Source: Betaproteobacteria bacterium RIFCSPLOWO2_12_FULL_68_19
GTDB lineage: Bacteria > Pseudomonadota > Gammaproteobacteria > Burkholderiales > SG8-39
Assembly: GCA_001772055.1 (NCBI GenBank)
Contig: MERP01000029.1
Location: 1 to 38,740, forward strand
DNA: 38,740 bases
Reading direction: 5' to 3'
The notes under the pieces were generated by a model. It saw only the letters and a list, made by a program, of their open reading frames with translations, ran no database searches and was not told the DNA's origin. Below are positions 13,012 to 22,156 of this stretch, in pieces. The translations under genes and the position numbers were made by a program. Numbering within the stretch: position 1 is the stretch's first letter; every line of letters begins with the position of its first letter.

Positions 13012-13181
13012 TGCGCTTCTTTCTTCTCGGCGCGGCGATGGCGCTGCTCGCAGCCGGGTGCGGGCAGAAGGGCCCGCTTTACCTGCGCGACAGCCCGCCG
13101 CCCGGCGTGAAGGCGGCCAAGCCCAAGCCGTTCGAGCCGGTGCCCTACCCGGCGCGCGACGGCGAAGCCGAAGGCAAGTAG
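13011..13181 (+). CDS. lptM: Small lipoprotein, LptM/YifL/LppL family (56 aa)
   Basis: Missed by the ORF track. MRFFLLGAAMALLAAG-CGQKGPLYL has a lipobox plus the family CGxKGPLY motif; it sits in the usual slot between cyaY and lysA. Confidence 0.9.
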   Translation: MRFFLLGAAMALLAAGCGQKGPLYLRDSPPPGVKAAKPKPFEPVPYPARDGEAEGK

Positions 13182-13186
13182 CTCCC

Positions 13187-14437
13187 ATGTCCTTCGCCTA
13201 CCGCAGCGGCGTGCTTTGCGCCGAGCAGGCGCCGCTCGACGAGCTGGCGCGGCGCTTCGGCACGCCCTGCTACGTGTATTCGAGCGCCGCGATCGCCGCC
13301 GCCTACGATGAGTTCTCTGCCGCGTTGCGGGGCCGCGACGCGCTGGTCTGCTACTCGGTGAAGGCCAACTCCAACCTTTCGGTGCTCGCGCTGCTTGCCG
13401 GTCTTGGCGCCGGGTTCGACATCGTCTCGGGCGGGGAGCTGGCGCGCGTGCTCGCCGCCGGCGGCGAGGCGCGCAAGACGCTGTTTTCCGGGGTGGGAAA
13501 GAGCGAAGGGGAGATCGCGGCCGCGCTCGAGAAAGGGGTCTACTGCCTCAACCTCGAGTCCGAGGCGGAGCTCGAGCGCGTGGACGCAATCGCGCGACGC
13601 CTCGGCCGGCGGGCGCCGGTCGCCTTCCGCGTCAACCCGGACATCGACGCGCGCACCCACCCGTACATCTCCACCGGCCTGCGCGAGAGCAAGTTCGGTG
13701 TCGCGCATGCCGACGCCGAGCGGCTCTATGCACGGGCGGCGGCGATGCCCGGGATCGAGCTGGTGGGGATCGGCTGCCACATCGGCTCGCAGCTGACGCG
13801 CGCCGCGCCCTTCGCGGAAGCAGCCGGGCGCATCGCCGCGCTTGCCGAGCGCCTGGCAGGGCGCGGCATCCGGCTCAGGCACATCGACATCGGCGGCGGC
13901 ATCGGCATTCGCTACGGTGACGACGACGTGCCCGAGCCGCCCGGCGGCTTTCTCGCAGCCGCGCTCGGCATGCTGGCCGGACGCAGGGAAACTCTGATCG
14001 TCGACCCCGGGCGCTCGATCGTCGGCAACGCGGGGGTGCTGCTCACCCGCGTGGAGTACGTGAAGCCCGGCGCCGCCCGCAGCTTCCTGGTGGTGGATGC
14101 GGCCATGAACGACCTGCTGCGGCCGGCGCTGTACAACGCCTGGCACGAGGTGCGGCCGGTGCGCCAGGCGGAACAGGGCGGCGATGCGGCTGTTTATGAC
14201 GTGGTGGGCCCGGTGTGCGAGAGTGGCGACTTCCTTGCCCGCGGGCGGCGCCTCTCGGCGCGGCCGGGCGAGCTGCTGGCGGTGATGTCCGCCGGCGCCT
14301 ATGGAATGGTGATGAGCTCCAATTACAACACGCGGCCGCGCGCCGCAGAGGTCCTGGTGAGCGGCGCCGAAGCCCGGCTGGTCAGGCGGCGCGAATCGGT
14401 CGAGTCGCTGCTCGCCCTTGAGGAGCCGCCGCGATGA
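13187..14437 (+). CDS. lysA: Diaminopimelate decarboxylase
   Basis: GTPCYVYS, YSVKANS (PLP lysine), HPYISTG...SKFG, HIGSQ, GPVCESGD, SNYNTRPR. Confidence 0.96.
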   Translation: MSFAYRSGVLCAEQAPLDELARRFGTPCYVYSSAAIAAAYDEFSAALRGRDALVCYSVKANSNLSVLALLAGLGAGFDIVSGGELARVLAAGGEARKTLFSGVGKSEGEIAAALEKGVYCLNLESEAELERVDAIARRLGRRAPVAFRVNPDIDARTHPYISTGLRESKFGVAHADAERLYARAAAMPGIELVGIGCHIGSQLTRAAPFAEAAGRIAALAERLAGRGIRLRHIDIGGGIGIRYGDDDVPEPPGGFLAAALGMLAGRRETLIVDPGRSIVGNAGVLLTRVEYVKPGAARSFLVVDAAMNDLLRPALYNAWHEVRPVRQAEQGGDAAVYDVVGPVCESGDFLARGRRLSARPGELLAVMSAGAYGMVMSSNYNTRPRAAEVLVSGAEARLVRRRESVESLLALEEPPR

Positions 14438-15555
14438 CGCGGCGGGTGCTCGCGCTCGCCGGCTGCGCCGCGCTCGGCCTCGCGCTGGTGGCGGCCTGCG
14501 GCGGCGATGCGGAGTCGGCGAAGCGCCCGGCCGGGCCGCGCGCGGTGCTGATCACCGCCGTGCCGGTGCAGCCACGCACGCTCGAGATCTACGAAGAGGT
14601 GGTCGGATCGCTCGAGAACGTGATCGACCCGAAGATCGGCGCCGAGGTGGCCGGGCGCCTGACGCGCGTGCTCGGTTTCACCGGCAAGAAGGTCAAGCAG
14701 GGCGAGCTGCTCGCCGAGATCGACGCTCAGGACTTCCGGATCCAGTCGCGCGCCGACGCCGCGGATGTGAAGCGGCTGCAGGCGCTGCTCGCCAACCAGG
14801 AGCGCATCGTCGCGCGCCAGCAAAAACTGGTCGGCCAGGGCTTCATCTCGCAGAACGCGCTCGACGAAGCGCTGGCGCAGCGCACCGTGCTGCGCGAGCA
14901 GTTGAGCGGCGCGCGCGCGCGCGCCGAGTCGACCGGGCGCAGCCTCGGCAAGACGCGCGTGGTCGCGCCGGTCGACGGCGAGATCGAGACCCAGGTGGTC
15001 GCGACCGGCGACTACGTGAAGGTCGGGGACCCGCTGTTCACGCTGGTCGGAATGCAGCGGCTGCGGGCGCACCTGCTGTTCCCGGAGAGCGCCGGCAGCC
15101 GCATCCGGCCCGGGCTCAAGGTCGCGCTCGAGTCCCCCGCCGCCCCGGGACGCAGCATCGAGGCGCGCATCGAGGACATCAAGCCGACGGTGAACGCCGG
15201 CAACCGCGCGCTGGACGCGATCGTGCGCTTCGACGCCGAGAACGGCGCGTTCCGCGGCGGCGGAAGCGTCAACGCGCGCGTGGTGATCGAGGTGAAGCAG
15301 CACGCGCTGATGGTGCCCGAGCAGAGCGTGGTGCTGCGCCCGGCCGGCAAGGTCGTGTACGTCGTGGCCGACGGGCGGGTTTCCCAGCGCGCGGTCGAGA
15401 CGGGGCTCAAGCAGGACGGCCTCTACGAGGTCGTGAAAGGGCTCGTCCCCGGCGAGCTGATCGCCGCCGACGGCGCGGGATTCCTCACCGACGGCGCCGC
15501 AGTCACCCTGCCTTCGGACGCGAAGCCCGGAGCCGGCAAGGGCAAGGCCAAATGA
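14434..15555 (+). CDS. RND efflux periplasmic adaptor (MFP), lipoprotein
   Basis: Lipobox LVAAC, AEVAGRL, GKKVKQGELLAEID, APVDG, ALMVPEQSV; ATGA overlap with lysA. Confidence 0.92.
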   Translation: MTRRVLALAGCAALGLALVAACGGDAESAKRPAGPRAVLITAVPVQPRTLEIYEEVVGSLENVIDPKIGAEVAGRLTRVLGFTGKKVKQGELLAEIDAQDFRIQSRADAADVKRLQALLANQERIVARQQKLVGQGFISQNALDEALAQRTVLREQLSGARARAESTGRSLGKTRVVAPVDGEIETQVVATGDYVKVGDPLFTLVGMQRLRAHLLFPESAGSRIRPGLKVALESPAAPGRSIEARIEDIKPTVNAGNRALDAIVRFDAENGAFRGGGSVNARVVIEVKQHALMVPEQSVVLRPAGKVVYVVADGRVSQRAVETGLKQDGLYEVVKGLVPGELIAADGAGFLTDGAAVTLPSDAKPGAGKGKAK

Positions 15556-18500
15556 CGCTTCCCGAGCTCTCGATCCGGCGGCACGTGTTCGCGTTCATGC
15601 TGAACGCGGTGCTGATCCTGTTCGGCATCATCGCCTACCAGAGAATCGGCGTCGACAAGCTGCCGTACATCGAGTTCCCGGTGATCTCGGTCCACACGAC
15701 GCAGCGCGGCGCCAATCCCGAGGTCATCGACGCGTCGATCACCAACCAGATCGAGACCGTCGTGAACAGCGTTCCCGGCATCGAGCACATCCAGTCGACC
15801 TCGTCGCCGGGCGCTTCGACGGTCGCGATCACCTTCGACCTCGCCAAGTCGGTGGACGTCGCCTTCCAGGAGGTGCAGGCCAAGGTGAACCAGGTGCTGC
15901 GCCGGCTGCCCGAGGACGCCGATCCGCCGGTGGTCGCGAAGGTGGAGACCAATACCTTCCCCGTGTACTGGATGGCGCTGCAGGGCGATCGCACGCAGCA
16001 GCAGCTCAACCAGTACGCCATCAACGTCATCAAGAAGCGCCTGGAGACGGTCGACGGCGTGGGCGAGGTGCGCATCGGCGGGCGCCGCGACCGCACCATC
16101 CGCGTCAACCTGCTGCCCGCGCGCATGGCGGCCTACGGCGTCGCCGCGCAGGACATCACCGAGGGCTTCCGCAAGGAGCACATCCAGTTCTCGGGCGGCT
16201 TCCTGACCGGCCAGTCGAGCGAGCACCTGGTCAAGCTCGACCTGGAGTTCCACAAGCTCGACGATCTGGCGGCGATGATCGTCGGCTACAAGGACGGCGC
16301 CCCGGTGCGGCTGCGCGACATCGCCGAGATCGAGGACGGGTTGAACGACTTCCGGCAGCTGGCGCGCGCCAACGGCAGGCAGAGCGTCGGCATCGGCATC
16401 GCCAAGGTGCCGAACACCAACACCGTCGCGATCATCCGCGAGGTCGAGCGGCGCGTCGAGCAGGAGATCCGCCCCCAGCTGCCGCCCGGCCTGGAGCTCA
16501 ACCCGGTGCAGAACGACGCGCTGTTCATCGACGAGATGGTGCGATCGCTGAAGAATCACCTGGTCGAGGGCACGCTGCTCGCGGCGCTGGTGGTGTGGCT
16601 GTTCCTGAAGAGCCTGCGCTCGACGCTGATCATCGCCACCTCGATCCCGGTGTCGCTGTTCGGCTCGATCGCGGTGATGTACTTCTTCGGCTACACGTTC
16701 AACTCGGTGACGCTGCTCGCGCTGCTCTTGCTGGTCGGCGTGGTGGTCGACGATGCAATCGTGGTGCTGGAGAACATCTTCCGCCACCGCGAGCATCTCG
16801 AGCCCGACCGGGTCAAGGCGGCGGTGAGCGGCAGCCGCGAGGTCACCTTCGCGGTGATCGCCGCCAGCTTCTCGCTGGCGGCGATCTTCGCGCCGGTGAT
16901 CTTCGTCTCGGGGATCCTCGGCCAGTTCCTGCGCTCGTTCGCCGTGGTGGTGACCTTCGGGGTGCTGGTGTCGCTGTTCGTCTCGCTCACCCTCACGCCG
17001 ATGCTGTGCTCGCGCTTCCTCGAGGTGCGCGCGAAGCACGGCCGCGTCTACTGGGCGCTCGAGCGCTTCTTCAAGGGCATGGAGCGCGCCTACCGCGCGA
17101 GCCTCGACTGGGCGCTCGGACATCGCTGGCTGATCCTCGCCGCCGCCGCCGCCGCGACCCTGTCGTCGGTGTACTTCTTCCGCGCGTTGCCGGTCGAGCT
17201 CGCGCCGCAGCAGGACGAGGGCAAGTTCTTCGTCAGCATGCGCGCGCCGGCGGGCTCGTCGATTCATTACATGGAGAGGAAGCTGCGCGAGGGGGAGCAA
17301 ATGGTGGCCAAGTACCCCGAGGTGACCACGGTGTACGGCGTGATCGGCCTGGGCTCGGCGGCGCAGGTCAACCAGGCGACGCTGGTGGTGCGCATGAAGC
17401 CGCGCTCGGAGCGGCGCCGCTCGCAGCAGCAGGTGATCGAGCTCTTGCGCCGCGACCTCGCGCAGATCGCCGGCGTGCGCGCCTTTCCGCGCGCGCCGGG
17501 GCTGGTGCCGCGCCAGCGCAGCGAGCCGCTGCAGTTCGTGGTGCGCGGCCCCAGCCTGCAGGAGATGGGCCGCGTCGCGAGCGAGCTGCAGGAGCGGCTG
17601 CAGGCCGACCCGCGCATCGGCCGGATGGACACCGACCTGCAGCTCGACCTGCCGCAGCTGGTGCTCGAGCCCGACCGGGTGCGCACCGCGGCGCTCGGCC
17701 TGACCTCTTCGGACGTGGCGCTGGCGGTGAACATGCTGACCGGGGGAGTCGACATCGCGAAGTACAACGACCAGCCCGGCGACGGCGAGCGCTACGACGT
17801 GCGCGTCAAGGCGAAAGAGGGCGAGTTCCAGCAGCAGGCCGACCTCGGCAAGATCTACCTGCGCAACCGCAGCGGCCAGCTGGTGCGCCTGGACAACGTG
17901 GCGCGCTTCCGCGAGACCATCGGCCCGGCGGTGATCGCGCGCTTCGACCTGCGCTACGCCGCGAGCTTCTATGCCAACCCGAGCGTGCCGCTCGGGGCGG
18001 CGGTCGCGATCGTGCGCGAGGCGGCGCAGACGCTGCCGCTCGGCTACGGCGTGAGCTTCACCGGCGAGGCCGAGCAGCTCGACAAGACGAGCAGCGCCGC
18101 CAAATTCACCTTCGCCCTCGCCCTGGTGCTGCTCTACATGGTGCTCGCCAGCCAGTTCAACAGCTTCCTGCAGCCGCTGCTGATCATGATCGCGGTGCCG
18201 CTCGCGGTGATCGGGGGCGTGATCGCGCTGTGGATCTTCGGCCACTCGCTGAACATCTATTCCATGATCGGCCTGGTGCTGCTGATCGGGCTGGTGGCGA
18301 AGAACTCGATCCTGCTCGTCGATCTCGCCAACCAGCGCCGCGCCCAGGGCATGGGCGTCGACGAGGCGCTGCGCGACGCCTGCCCGATCCGCATGCGCCC
18401 GGTGCTGATGACCTCGCTCACGCTGATCCTCGCCCTGCTGCCGGCGGCGATCGGCCTGGGCGCGGGCGCCGAGACCAACGCGCCGCTCGCGATCGCGGTG

Positions 18501-18656
18501 ATCGGCGGCATGATCACGTCCACCGCCCTGACCCTGGTCGTCGTGCCGGCGGCTTACTCGCTGGTCGAGGGCTGGCGCGCGCGGCGCCGCGCCGCGCACG
18601 GCGCCGGGTCCGCCGCCGCCGTGCACTCGCCCCAGATGCCGCGCGACGGACGCTGA
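15552..18656 (+). CDS. RND efflux inner-membrane permease (HAE1/AcrB family)
   Basis: Start at ATG 15552; proton-relay motifs GVVVDDAIVVLEN, GLVAKNSILLVD, RMRPVLMT; about 1034 aa. Confidence 0.95.
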   Translation: MTLPELSIRRHVFAFMLNAVLILFGIIAYQRIGVDKLPYIEFPVISVHTTQRGANPEVIDASITNQIETVVNSVPGIEHIQSTSSPGASTVAITFDLAKSVDVAFQEVQAKVNQVLRRLPEDADPPVVAKVETNTFPVYWMALQGDRTQQQLNQYAINVIKKRLETVDGVGEVRIGGRRDRTIRVNLLPARMAAYGVAAQDITEGFRKEHIQFSGGFLTGQSSEHLVKLDLEFHKLDDLAAMIVGYKDGAPVRLRDIAEIEDGLNDFRQLARANGRQSVGIGIAKVPNTNTVAIIREVERRVEQEIRPQLPPGLELNPVQNDALFIDEMVRSLKNHLVEGTLLAALVVWLFLKSLRSTLIIATSIPVSLFGSIAVMYFFGYTFNSVTLLALLLLVGVVVDDAIVVLENIFRHREHLEPDRVKAAVSGSREVTFAVIAASFSLAAIFAPVIFVSGILGQFLRSFAVVVTFGVLVSLFVSLTLTPMLCSRFLEVRAKHGRVYWALERFFKGMERAYRASLDWALGHRWLILAAAAAATLSSVYFFRALPVELAPQQDEGKFFVSMRAPAGSSIHYMERKLREGEQMVAKYPEVTTVYGVIGLGSAAQVNQATLVVRMKPRSERRRSQQQVIELLRRDLAQIAGVRAFPRAPGLVPRQRSEPLQFVVRGPSLQEMGRVASELQERLQADPRIGRMDTDLQLDLPQLVLEPDRVRTAALGLTSSDVALAVNMLTGGVDIAKYNDQPGDGERYDVRVKAKEGEFQQQADLGKIYLRNRSGQLVRLDNVARFRETIGPAVIARFDLRYAASFYANPSVPLGAAVAIVREAAQTLPLGYGVSFTGEAEQLDKTSSAAKFTFALALVLLYMVLASQFNSFLQPLLIMIAVPLAVIGGVIALWIFGHSLNIYSMIGLVLLIGLVAKNSILLVDLANQRRAQGMGVDEALRDACPIRMRPVLMTSLTLILALLPAAIGLGAGAETNAPLAIAVIGGMITSTALTLVVVPAAYSLVEGWRARRRAAHGAGSAAAVHSPQMPRDGR

Positions 18657-18657
18657 G

Positions 18658-19443
18658 ATGCCGAGCCCGGAATCGAGAAACCTGGCGGTGTTCTGCGACT
18701 TCGAGAACATCGCGCTCGGCGTGCGCGAGGCGAAGTACGCGAAGTTCGAGATGGAAAAGGTGCTCGAGCGGCTGCTGCTCAAGGGCTCGATCGTGGTGAA
18801 GAAGGCCTACTGCGACTGGGAGCGCTACAAGGAGTTCAAGAGCGCGATGCACCTCGCCTCGTTCGAGCTGATCGAGGTGCCGCACGTGCGCCAGTCCGGC
18901 AAGAATTCCGCCGACATCCGCATGGTGGTCGACGCGCTCGATCTTTGCTACACCAAGCAGCACGTCGACACCTTCGTCATCGTGAGCGGCGACTCGGACT
19001 TCTCGCCGCTCGTCTCCAAGCTGCGCGAGAACGCGAAGACGGTGATCGGCGTCGGCGTGAAGAACTCGAGCTCCGACCTGCTGATCGCCAACTGCGACGA
19101 GTTCATCTACTACGACGACCTGGTGCGCCAGGACGAGCAGCAGCGCCGCGCGGCGAAGAAGCGCCGCGAATCCGCGCCGGCCGGCGGCGAGAAGAAGCAG
19201 GAGGCCTTCGACCTGGTGCTCGAGACGCTCAATGCGCTGATCGCCGAGCGCGGCGAGGGCGAGAAGATCTGGGGCTCGATGGTCAAGCAGGCGCTCAAGC
19301 GCCGCAAGCCGGGCTTCAACGAGTCCTACTACGGCTTCCGCGCCTTTTCCGACCTGCTCGAGGAGGCCGAGGCGAAGGGCCTGGTCAAGCTTGAGCCCGA
19401 CGAAAAATCCGGCGGCTACCTCATCCGGCCCGCCGCCCAGTAA
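18658..19443 (+). CDS. NYN-domain (LabA/DUF88, PIN fold) protein with C-terminal OST-HTH/LOTUS domain
   Basis: AVFCDFEN, GKNSADIRMVVDALD, IVSGDSDFSPL; C-terminal SMVKQALKRRKPGFNESYYGFRAFSDLL. Confidence 0.9.
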   Translation: MPSPESRNLAVFCDFENIALGVREAKYAKFEMEKVLERLLLKGSIVVKKAYCDWERYKEFKSAMHLASFELIEVPHVRQSGKNSADIRMVVDALDLCYTKQHVDTFVIVSGDSDFSPLVSKLRENAKTVIGVGVKNSSSDLLIANCDEFIYYDDLVRQDEQQRRAAKKRRESAPAGGEKKQEAFDLVLETLNALIAERGEGEKIWGSMVKQALKRRKPGFNESYYGFRAFSDLLEEAEAKGLVKLEPDEKSGGYLIRPAAQ

Positions 19444-19984
19444 GGAGCGGCTGCGCGCCGCGGCGAACCGCGGCATCCGCGACGTCATCGCGCCCGGGCT
19501 GCGGGTGCTCTTCGTCGGCATCAATCCCGGGCTTTACTCGGCCGCGACCGGGCATCACTTCGCCCGGCCGGGCAACCGCTTCTGGCCGGCGCTGCACGCC
19601 GCCGGCTTCACCCCGCGCCTGCTGCACCCCTCGGAGCAGCGCGAGCTGCTGAAAACGGGCTGCGGCGTCACCAACCTCGTGAACCGCGCCACCGCGACGG
19701 CGGCCGAGCTTGCGCCGCAGGAGTTCGTCGCCGGCCGCAGGCGCCTGGCGGCCAAGGTAAGGCGCTACCGCCCCCGTCTGGTGGCCTTTCTCGGCGTCGG
19801 CGCCTACTGTCACGCGTTTTCGCTTCCGCGCGCCGCCGTGGGCCCCCAGCCCGGCCGCTTCGAAGGCGCGCCGGTCTGGGTCCTGCCGAACCCGAGCGGC
19901 CTGAACGCGAACTACCAGCTGCCGGCGCTCGTCAAGCTGTTTCGCCGTCTATGGCGAGCTTCTCTTGGCCGACTTACGGATTGA
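19391..19984 (+). CDS. mug: G/U mismatch-specific DNA glycosylase (family 2 UDG)
   Basis: GINPG, HFARPGNRFW, PNPSGLN. Start uncertain (TTG 19391, inside the NYN gene). Confidence 0.9.
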   Translation: MSPTKNPAATSSGPPPSKERLRAAANRGIRDVIAPGLRVLFVGINPGLYSAATGHHFARPGNRFWPALHAAGFTPRLLHPSEQRELLKTGCGVTNLVNRATATAAELAPQEFVAGRRRLAAKVRRYRPRLVAFLGVGAYCHAFSLPRAAVGPQPGRFEGAPVWVLPNPSGLNANYQLPALVKLFRRLWRASLGRLTD

Positions 19985-20753
19985 GCTGCTGGTAGACCGC
20001 GTTGGCGACCTTGAGCAGGTCGTCCTTGCTGATGTCGGCCGAGGAGAGCGCGTAACCGAGCTTGCGGTCGACCCAGTAGAACACGCTCACGTTGCCCTCG
20101 CGCGCGTAGCGGAAGGCGGTCTCGCGGTTTCCCGCTATCTCGGTGCGCACATAGAGCGTGATCCGCGTGCCGCGATTGGTCTGGTACATGAAATGCGCGA
20201 CCGGCCCGTTGTCGCCGGGCAGCAATCGACCGCCGACCAGGCTGTAGCCGACCGCCTCGAGCTTGGGCGCCCGCAGCGGCGCGCCCACCCGCTTGGATAG
20301 CCAAGCGACGAGATGCGCTTCCTGGTCCGCGCCGACCTCGACCGGATGGCGCACTTCGGGCGAATAGGTTACATGCGCGACCGCGGCGCGGCGCGCCATC
20401 AACGCGCCGACGTCGGCGGCCGGCGCCGCCACCGTTCGCGAGTCGCGCAGCTCCCAGCCGCCGATCGCGCCCACCGCCGCGCCGAGCGCCACCCACGAGG
20501 CCACCGCAGCGAAACGCGACCAGCGCCGCCGCAGGGGCAATGCCGCGCCCGCGAGCGCCGGCGGCAGCGCCTCGGAGAGCACCGGGTCGTACAGACCGCG
20601 CAGCTCCTCGCCGAGGCGGCGGTAGGCGTCGATGCGCTCGGCCTCGTCGGGACGCGCGGCAAGCCAGGCCTCCACCTCGCCGCGGCGCTCGGCGTCGAGG
20701 CGCCCGTCGGCGTAGGCCTGCAGGTCGGCTTCGGTGATGGGTGCGGCGCTCAC
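19974..20753 (-). CDS. Transmembrane anti-sigma factor (PrtR-like)
   Basis: GTG 20753; ITEADLQAYADGRL, one TM helix, HVTYSPEVRHPVEV, LVAWLSKR, LVGGRLLP. Confidence 0.88.
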   Translation of the reverse strand: MSAAPITEADLQAYADGRLDAERRGEVEAWLAARPDEAERIDAYRRLGEELRGLYDPVLSEALPPALAGAALPLRRRWSRFAAVASWVALGAAVGAIGGWELRDSRTVAAPAADVGALMARRAAVAHVTYSPEVRHPVEVGADQEAHLVAWLSKRVGAPLRAPKLEAVGYSLVGGRLLPGDNGPVAHFMYQTNRGTRITLYVRTEIAGNRETAFRYAREGNVSVFYWVDRKLGYALSSADISKDDLLKVANAVYQQLNP

Positions 20754-21250
20754 TTCACGACTTTCAGCTTCGCCGCGGCGCCCTGTCCGAGCATCAGGGC
20801 GCGCAGCTTCTCGCGCGCGCGAGACAGGCGCGACATGACCGTGCCGATCGGGATGCCGAGCGTGCGAGCGACCTGCTCGTAGCTCATCTCCTCGAGCGTG
20901 ACGAGCAGCAACACCGCGCGCTGCTCCGCGGGCAGCCGCGCGATCGAGCGCTCGAGATCGCGCACCATCAGTGCGTCGCCCTGCGCGCCGCGCTGGGCGA
21001 GCTCGGGCATCTCGTCCTCGAGCGGATCGGTGGCGCGCGCGGAGCGCACCTTGTTGACGTGTACGTTGTGCATGACCGTGAACAGCCATGCGCGCAGATC
21101 GGTGCCGCGGCGGTAAAGGTGCAGCTTCATCCACGCGCGCTCGAGCGTGTCCTGCACAAGGTCGTCGGCAGAGGCACGGTCGCCGACCAGCGCGCGTGCA
21201 TATCGCCGCAGCCGCGGAATCAACTCAATCAGGCGCTGGGCTTCGTTCAT
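20750..21250 (-). CDS. ECF RNA polymerase sigma factor (PrtI-like, probably group ECF26)
   Basis: IPRLRRYARAL, ADDLVQDT, AWLFTVMHN, region 4 SYEQVA...GTVMSRLSRAR; overlaps the anti-sigma start. Confidence 0.93.
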   Translation of the reverse strand: MNEAQRLIELIPRLRRYARALVGDRASADDLVQDTLERAWMKLHLYRRGTDLRAWLFTVMHNVHVNKVRSARATDPLEDEMPELAQRGAQGDALMVRDLERSIARLPAEQRAVLLLVTLEEMSYEQVARTLGIPIGTVMSRLSRAREKLRALMLGQGAAAKLKVVK

Positions 21251-21254
21251 GCCG

Positions 21255-21283
21255 AATAACAGGCTCCGGAAGGCCGCTATTCC
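21255..21283 (-). promoter_or_regulatory. Putative ECF autoregulatory promoter GGAATA-N17-GTTATT
   Basis: Ends 4 nt upstream of the sigma ATG; a matching motif occurs at 22659-22687. Confidence 0.55.
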
Positions 21284-21286
21284 ACG

Positions 21287-22153
21287 CTATTTCCGCTCGT
21301 CGGGCAATCGCGGCAGCGAGCGCAGGTAGGCCACCACTGCGTCGAGATCGGCTGGCGCGAGCTGGCTGGTGGTGTTGCGGATCACCTCGCCCATCGTCTC
21401 TCCGGCCACGTCGCCGTCGGGCGTGAGGCCGTTCGCGAGAAAATCCTTCAGCTCGCCGTCGCTCCATTTCTTGAGCCGCGCTGGCGTCAGGTTCGGCACG
21501 CCGTCGTCATCGCCTTTCACGCCGGCGAGGAAACGGTCCTGCTTCGGCGCGCCGAGCCAGTTGCGCGGCGTGTGGCATTCGCCGCAATGGCCGAGCGCCT
21601 GCACCAGGTACGCGCCGCGGTTGAGCACCCCCGGGCGCTGCGGCTCCGCTACGAACGCACCCGGGGTGAAGAAAAGCCACTTCCAGATGCCGAGCAGAAG
21701 CCGCCAGCGATAAAGCCAGCGCAGCTCGTGCGGCCGGCTTTCGCGCGCGCTCGGCGGCAGCAAGCGCAGGTACGCCCAGAGATCGCGCAGGTCCGCATCG
21801 ACGATCCTGGTGAACGAAGGATAGGGAAATGCCGGGTAGTAGTGCGCGCCATCGGGGCGCCGGCCCTCGCGCAGCGCGCGCACGAAATTCGCCTCGGTCC
21901 ACCGGCCGATGCCTGCCTGCGGGTGCGGCGTGATGTTCGGACCGTAGAACACGCCGAACGGCGTCTCGAGTGCGCGGCCTCCTGCGTACGGAACTGCTCC
22001 CTGTCGCGCCTCGGTATGGCAGCCGAGGCATCCGCCGGCCTTCGAAAGGTATTCGCCGCGCTTCGGGTCGCCCTGGGCGGGCGCAAGGCCCGCCCAGAAC
22101 GTCAGCCCGAGAAGCAAGAGCCCCGCCACGGCGGGGCTTGTGCGCGGCGTCAA
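21287..22153 (-). CDS. Diheme cytochrome c (resembles dehydrogenase cytochrome subunits)
   Basis: Signal peptide; CLGCH and CGECH; YGPNITP...GIGRW, YYPAFPY, RGAYLV. Confidence 0.9.
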   Translation of the reverse strand: MTPRTSPAVAGLLLLGLTFWAGLAPAQGDPKRGEYLSKAGGCLGCHTEARQGAVPYAGGRALETPFGVFYGPNITPHPQAGIGRWTEANFVRALREGRRPDGAHYYPAFPYPSFTRIVDADLRDLWAYLRLLPPSARESRPHELRWLYRWRLLLGIWKWLFFTPGAFVAEPQRPGVLNRGAYLVQALGHCGECHTPRNWLGAPKQDRFLAGVKGDDDGVPNLTPARLKKWSDGELKDFLANGLTPDGDVAGETMGEVIRNTTSQLAPADLDAVVAYLRSLPRLPDERK

Positions 22154-22156
22154 GCG

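Noticed and set aside
14418-15551. Apparent N-terminal extension making the RND permease 1412 aa
   Set aside because: Off-frame reading of the MFP gene; the true start is ATG 15552. The same artefact lengthens pilO, lysA, the anti-sigma, c4, dsbD, the oxidoreductase and livG in the track.
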